A program made the position numbers and the translations under genes. The notes beneath the pieces are model-generated. The model searched no databases. It had not been told where the DNA came from and worked only from the letters and a program-made list of their open reading frames with translations. A stretch of DNA of 64,000 nt from Candidatus Heimdallarchaeota archaeon (GTDB taxonomy: Archaea; Asgardarchaeota; Heimdallarchaeia; JABLTI01): positions 1 to 64,000 of the forward strand of contig DXJV01000085.1 of NCBI GenBank assembly GCA_019056785.1. The letters run 5' to 3'. Below, in pieces: positions 60,931 through 64,000 of the stretch. Every line of letters starts with the position of its first letter. Position 1 is the first letter of the stretch.

Positions 60931-61181
60931 CGCAAGAGGAATGTTGTATTCAAGGCATCCTGAGTTTAATGAATCCTTCTTCCATTAAAGCTTTAGAGCG
61001 TTTTTTTTGGTGGCAGTTTTTGTTATTAAATTATTTTGTTATTCTTTTTATTCTTACAATGCCACCAATTTTACTGATTGTAGGAATTCATGTTTAAAAA
61101 GCTGTTGTTAGAAAAATTAAAAAAAGGTTCAAAAAGTTATTCAATAATAACCTCCACTATTTTTGCTGAAGGTGTAATTCA

Positions 61182-61874
61182 TTGGGTGAAAAAGAACTAA
61201 CGAAACAACCAGCAGAAGAACAAGAAATTCTTACGCCCGAAACAGAAGAAGAAAGAGAAGAGGAAAAGGGAGTATCAACAAGTGAAGAAGAGCAATCTTT
61301 CCGGACAGATTTTAGCCTGCCAATCAAAATCAAGCGGATAAAAATTCTCATTGCAATTGTTATTAACCTCATTCTGGGAGGAGTCACAACAAGTATGGGC
61401 ATTTATTTCTTTGTAAAACCTCAAGTAAACAATTCAACATATAATGTCATCTTTGCGATTTTTATGGTACTTTTTGGTGGCATTATCTTTCTCCAATTTC
61501 CCTTTGTTATGGCCCGTACTATCAACTCGCAACTGATCCTTTCTGGTGAAGAAATCAAATTGCGGAATGCCTTTAGCTGGAAAAAGGTCCTATGGAGAGA
61601 GGTAGAAGAGATTCTTGCCCGTGAAAAACTTTCAAAAGATCTGGCTGAAAGCGAGTTACTTGCCGTGGACTTGATACGCTTCCGTACAGTAACAACAAGC
61701 ATTCATTTCCTCGTAGAAAATTACCCTGCTGCAGATGCAGATGAAATGCTTCTTGCAATCGCCAGAACCTTCGAGCGTGTTTTAGAAGGTACGGATTTTG
61801 AAGTAGAAGAGCGTACAGAACGACCTTCTTTACAAACACGATTGCGCTATTTTGTTAAGGTAGCTAAAAAGTAA
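61182..61874 (+). CDS. Membrane protein (2 TM + PH-like domain)
   Basis: Acidic N-terminus, two TM helices, LILSGEEIKLRN..WKKVLWREVEEI. Confidence 0.55.
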   Translation: MGEKELTKQPAEEQEILTPETEEEREEEKGVSTSEEEQSFRTDFSLPIKIKRIKILIAIVINLILGGVTTSMGIYFFVKPQVNNSTYNVIFAIFMVLFGGIIFLQFPFVMARTINSQLILSGEEIKLRNAFSWKKVLWREVEEILAREKLSKDLAESELLAVDLIRFRTVTTSIHFLVENYPAADADEMLLAIARTFERVLEGTDFEVEERTERPSLQTRLRYFVKVAKK

Positions 61875-61883
61875 AAAAAGAGC

Positions 61884-61916
61884 GAAGCAAGTCTCACTCG
61901 AGTTGCTTCTGCTTTT
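61884..61916. terminator. Hairpin between convergent genes
   Basis: GAAGCAA...TTGCTTC stem flanked by A- and T-rich runs. Confidence 0.3.
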
Positions 61917-61938
61917 CAACCCCTCTTTCTTTTCCGAT

Positions 61939-63000
61939 TTATTTCTTAGTTTCAGCTTTCATTCGTGATTGTGCTATGAGTTCAAAACCCATGGCGTTGC
62001 ACATTACGGGATTATCTGGAATAACAACTTCATCCGGTGACTTAACAATATTGGATTCCCACATCTTTTGTTTCAGCACTTCACCGAAAACATGAGCACC
62101 ACCACCGGTAAGTATCACGCGTTCAATCCAAGCATCAGGTGGTAGGGTTCCCAATAATCTCGAGGTTTCATCGATGATTATTTCTGAAATGTTTTCGATG
62201 TAATAATTCTTCACTTCAGAGACATCGAATTGTTGGCCACTTACCATGACCGCTGAAAGATTCTTCTCGATGGTCTTCATTAAATCAAAGGGCCGGATGA
62301 TCTTTCCTGTTTGTTCTTGCAAAGTTCGAGCCATCCGTGTTGTGAGGGTGTCAACAGCTTCTTCTAAGCTCCCACTTGCGGTTCGCATCAATCTTCCTTG
62401 ATATACTGTAAGAATGTCTGTGGAGCCATGACCAATGTCTACAATAATCGCATCAACAGCACGATTTTCACCAGATGTTTTCAAAATTTGATAATAAGAG
62501 CCATAGGGTTCTGGTAAGACAAGGCATTTCTCAACCACAACATTATAATTGAGCGTTTCTCCAGTGGCATCGTTGCGTACTTTAATGTTCATCTCTTCGG
62601 AGAGTCCTTTGGAGAGCGTGGACATTTCTTCTTGTGAAGTTGCCACAGGCACACCTGTCGCAATAAGAATATGTTCGCCATCATTTTTAATGAAAAGAGA
62701 AAGCGCTGCTTTAATGGCTATCACAGCATCTTTAATGCTTTTCATTTTTCCTTCCGAAGCTAAGGGACGTTTAATTTCACTTTGTAAGCGTGCTAATTCA
62801 CCCACGAAGAAGTTTTGACCTCCTTCCTCCAGTACCAGGTTGTTTTCCAATGACTTGTCAAGAGTCATGCCAGTCCAACCAGGATTCGGATCACCAATGA
62901 TTGAGGGAATTCGTATCAATTTCTTTCCGGTGTCCGAAGACATTTTAATAGTACTAGTTCCCAAGTCAATTCCGACAGTTCGTAATACTTTTTTTGACAC
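61939..63000 (-). CDS. Actin-fold ATPase (ParM/StbA/MreB/Ta0583-like)
   Basis: VGIDLGTSTIK (phosphate 1), LPEPYG (connect 1), IVDIGHGSTD (phosphate 2), ILTGGGA (adenosine), NAMG (connect 2). Confidence 0.88.
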   Translation of the reverse strand: MSKKVLRTVGIDLGTSTIKMSSDTGKKLIRIPSIIGDPNPGWTGMTLDKSLENNLVLEEGGQNFFVGELARLQSEIKRPLASEGKMKSIKDAVIAIKAALSLFIKNDGEHILIATGVPVATSQEEMSTLSKGLSEEMNIKVRNDATGETLNYNVVVEKCLVLPEPYGSYYQILKTSGENRAVDAIIVDIGHGSTDILTVYQGRLMRTASGSLEEAVDTLTTRMARTLQEQTGKIIRPFDLMKTIEKNLSAVMVSGQQFDVSEVKNYYIENISEIIIDETSRLLGTLPPDAWIERVILTGGGAHVFGEVLKQKMWESNIVKSPDEVVIPDNPVMCNAMGFELIAQSRMKAETKK

Positions 63001-63313
63001 TTTCTGAACCTTCTATTGTTCTAAAATTGTTTAACATCTAGCAAATAAAAACTTCTCGCTTTTAGCATATCAATTTTATCAGCTAGAAGCAAGTTCTTTG
63101 TATTATTATGCTTTTTGCCTTGAATTTTATTAGAAAATCTTTCCTATTTAAAATAATTGTTCTGTGTTTAAATGTTCTGCCAAGAGTTTCAGCAAAAATT
63201 CATTCTTTTTCTTCTTTTTTTTCAATTTGCCTTCAAAGAAATTTTATTTAAAGAAGGAGTGAATTATAACGTATGGAAAAAATCACGGAAAAATACTTGA
63301 ATAGTGAGTTATT

Positions 63314-64000
63314 GTGACCTCTGAAATCTATGAGCATAGTTCAATTGTTGCTGCGCATTTAGCTGTGGACATTTGTAATGTTGAGAATTTAAATACCTTG
63401 TACGAAAAACCAGTTGATTTGGCAATCATCGCCCATAAAAAACGCTATGTAAAGCAAAAGCTCTTCGGAAAGATGCTCGATCATTTGGTAGCAAATAATT
63501 ACCTCGAAAAGCAAGGCGAAATCTATTCGCTCATGGAGAAATGGCGCCGGTCCCTCCCTCCCTTGAGTGTCTCGCAAGGTATTTTGCATGAGCAAGGAAT
63601 TTACCAGATTTATCCATTTATGCAAACACTCGCAAAAAATTTTGTTGATATTATTAAAAATGATGTTTCAAAGCTTGAATTGCAGAAATTAATTTATTAC
63701 ATTGATAGTATTGATAGTTCCAAAGGACTCCATAAAATTCGTTCTGAAATCATTTCCGCAACAAATATCAACAGTTCTGTCCAGAGCATTTTGGACATTA
63801 GTTTTGGAATGGGACATAGCGCTATTCAATTAGCCAACACTTTCCCAAAAAGGAATATTTATTCTTTACAGCTTAATCCATTATTTAGTGAAGCTTTTGA
63901 ATATACCATTCAGAAAACGCAAAAGACGAACTTGTCTTATTCCACAAAATATCCTTCTGAACTTCTACAAAAATTAAGAGCAGAAAAAGTCGATGCAATT
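63314..64000 (+). CDS. wHTH + class I methyltransferase-like protein (3' end runs off the window)
   Basis: Manual translation from GTG 63314: ...MLDHLVANNYLEKQGEIYSL...ILDISFGMGHSAIQLANTFP; no stop seen in the translated part and it appears to run off the window. Confidence 0.55.
   Translation, partial: MTSEIYEHSSIVAAHLAVDICNVENLNTLYEKPVDLAIIAHKKRYVKQKLFGKMLDHLVANNYLEKQGEIYSLMEKWRRSLPPLSVSQGILHEQGIYQIYPFMQTLAKNFVDIIKNDVSKLELQKLIYYIDSIDSSKGLHKIRSEIISATNINSSVQSILDISFGMGHSAIQLANTFPKRNIYSLQLNPLFSEAFEYTIQKTQKTNLSYSTKYPSELLQKLRAEKVDAI

Noticed and set aside
1-64000. CRISPR array or cas genes expected near CARF genes
   Set aside because: No regularly spaced 25-40-bp repeats and no cas-like ORF were seen.

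Overview
This is an archaeal genomic window, most likely from an Asgard archaeon (Heimdallarchaeia-like). That assignment is inferred from aIF2alpha-Nop10, a crenarchaeal/hSSB1-type single-OB SSB, Roadblock and longin-like domains, an Arf-like fold and an actin-fold ATPase. 1-8.5 kb: an Lrp-like regulator plus secreted or anchored surface proteins (including a caspase-like peptidase). About 8.7-21.2 kb: an AT-rich defence island with an HNH nuclease, DUF1917, a Dam-type MTase / unknown ORF / second MTase, and a divergon. In the divergon, a CARF-wHTH regulator, a stand-alone CARF and a PIN nuclease (minus strand) face a tight operon of viperin, SF1 (UPF1/DNA2-like) helicase, a wHTH protein and a double-HKD PLD nuclease (plus strand). 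The 107-bp spacer carries two palindromes 20 bp apart. This divergon is the best candidate for an undescribed system. 21-54 kb: mostly housekeeping and metabolic genes (clostripain, GHMP kinase, methyltransferases, asnS, acdB, an amino-acid dehydrogenase pair, pyk, tdh/kbl, aIF2alpha, nop10, tRNA-Gly(CCC), AlkD, SSB, dUTPase), a CrtC-like pseudogene, a 7TM-longin-methyltransferase fusion and a candidate box C/D sRNA. 54-63 kb: a second candidate system (degenerate Arf-like GTPase, AAA+ ATPase, vWA, pseudo-zincin, HEAT, Roadblock) next to an actin-fold ATPase. CTCGAG is strongly over-represented across the window. No CRISPR array, rRNA, integrase or transposase was seen. All family assignments come from motifs recognised by eye, not from database searches.
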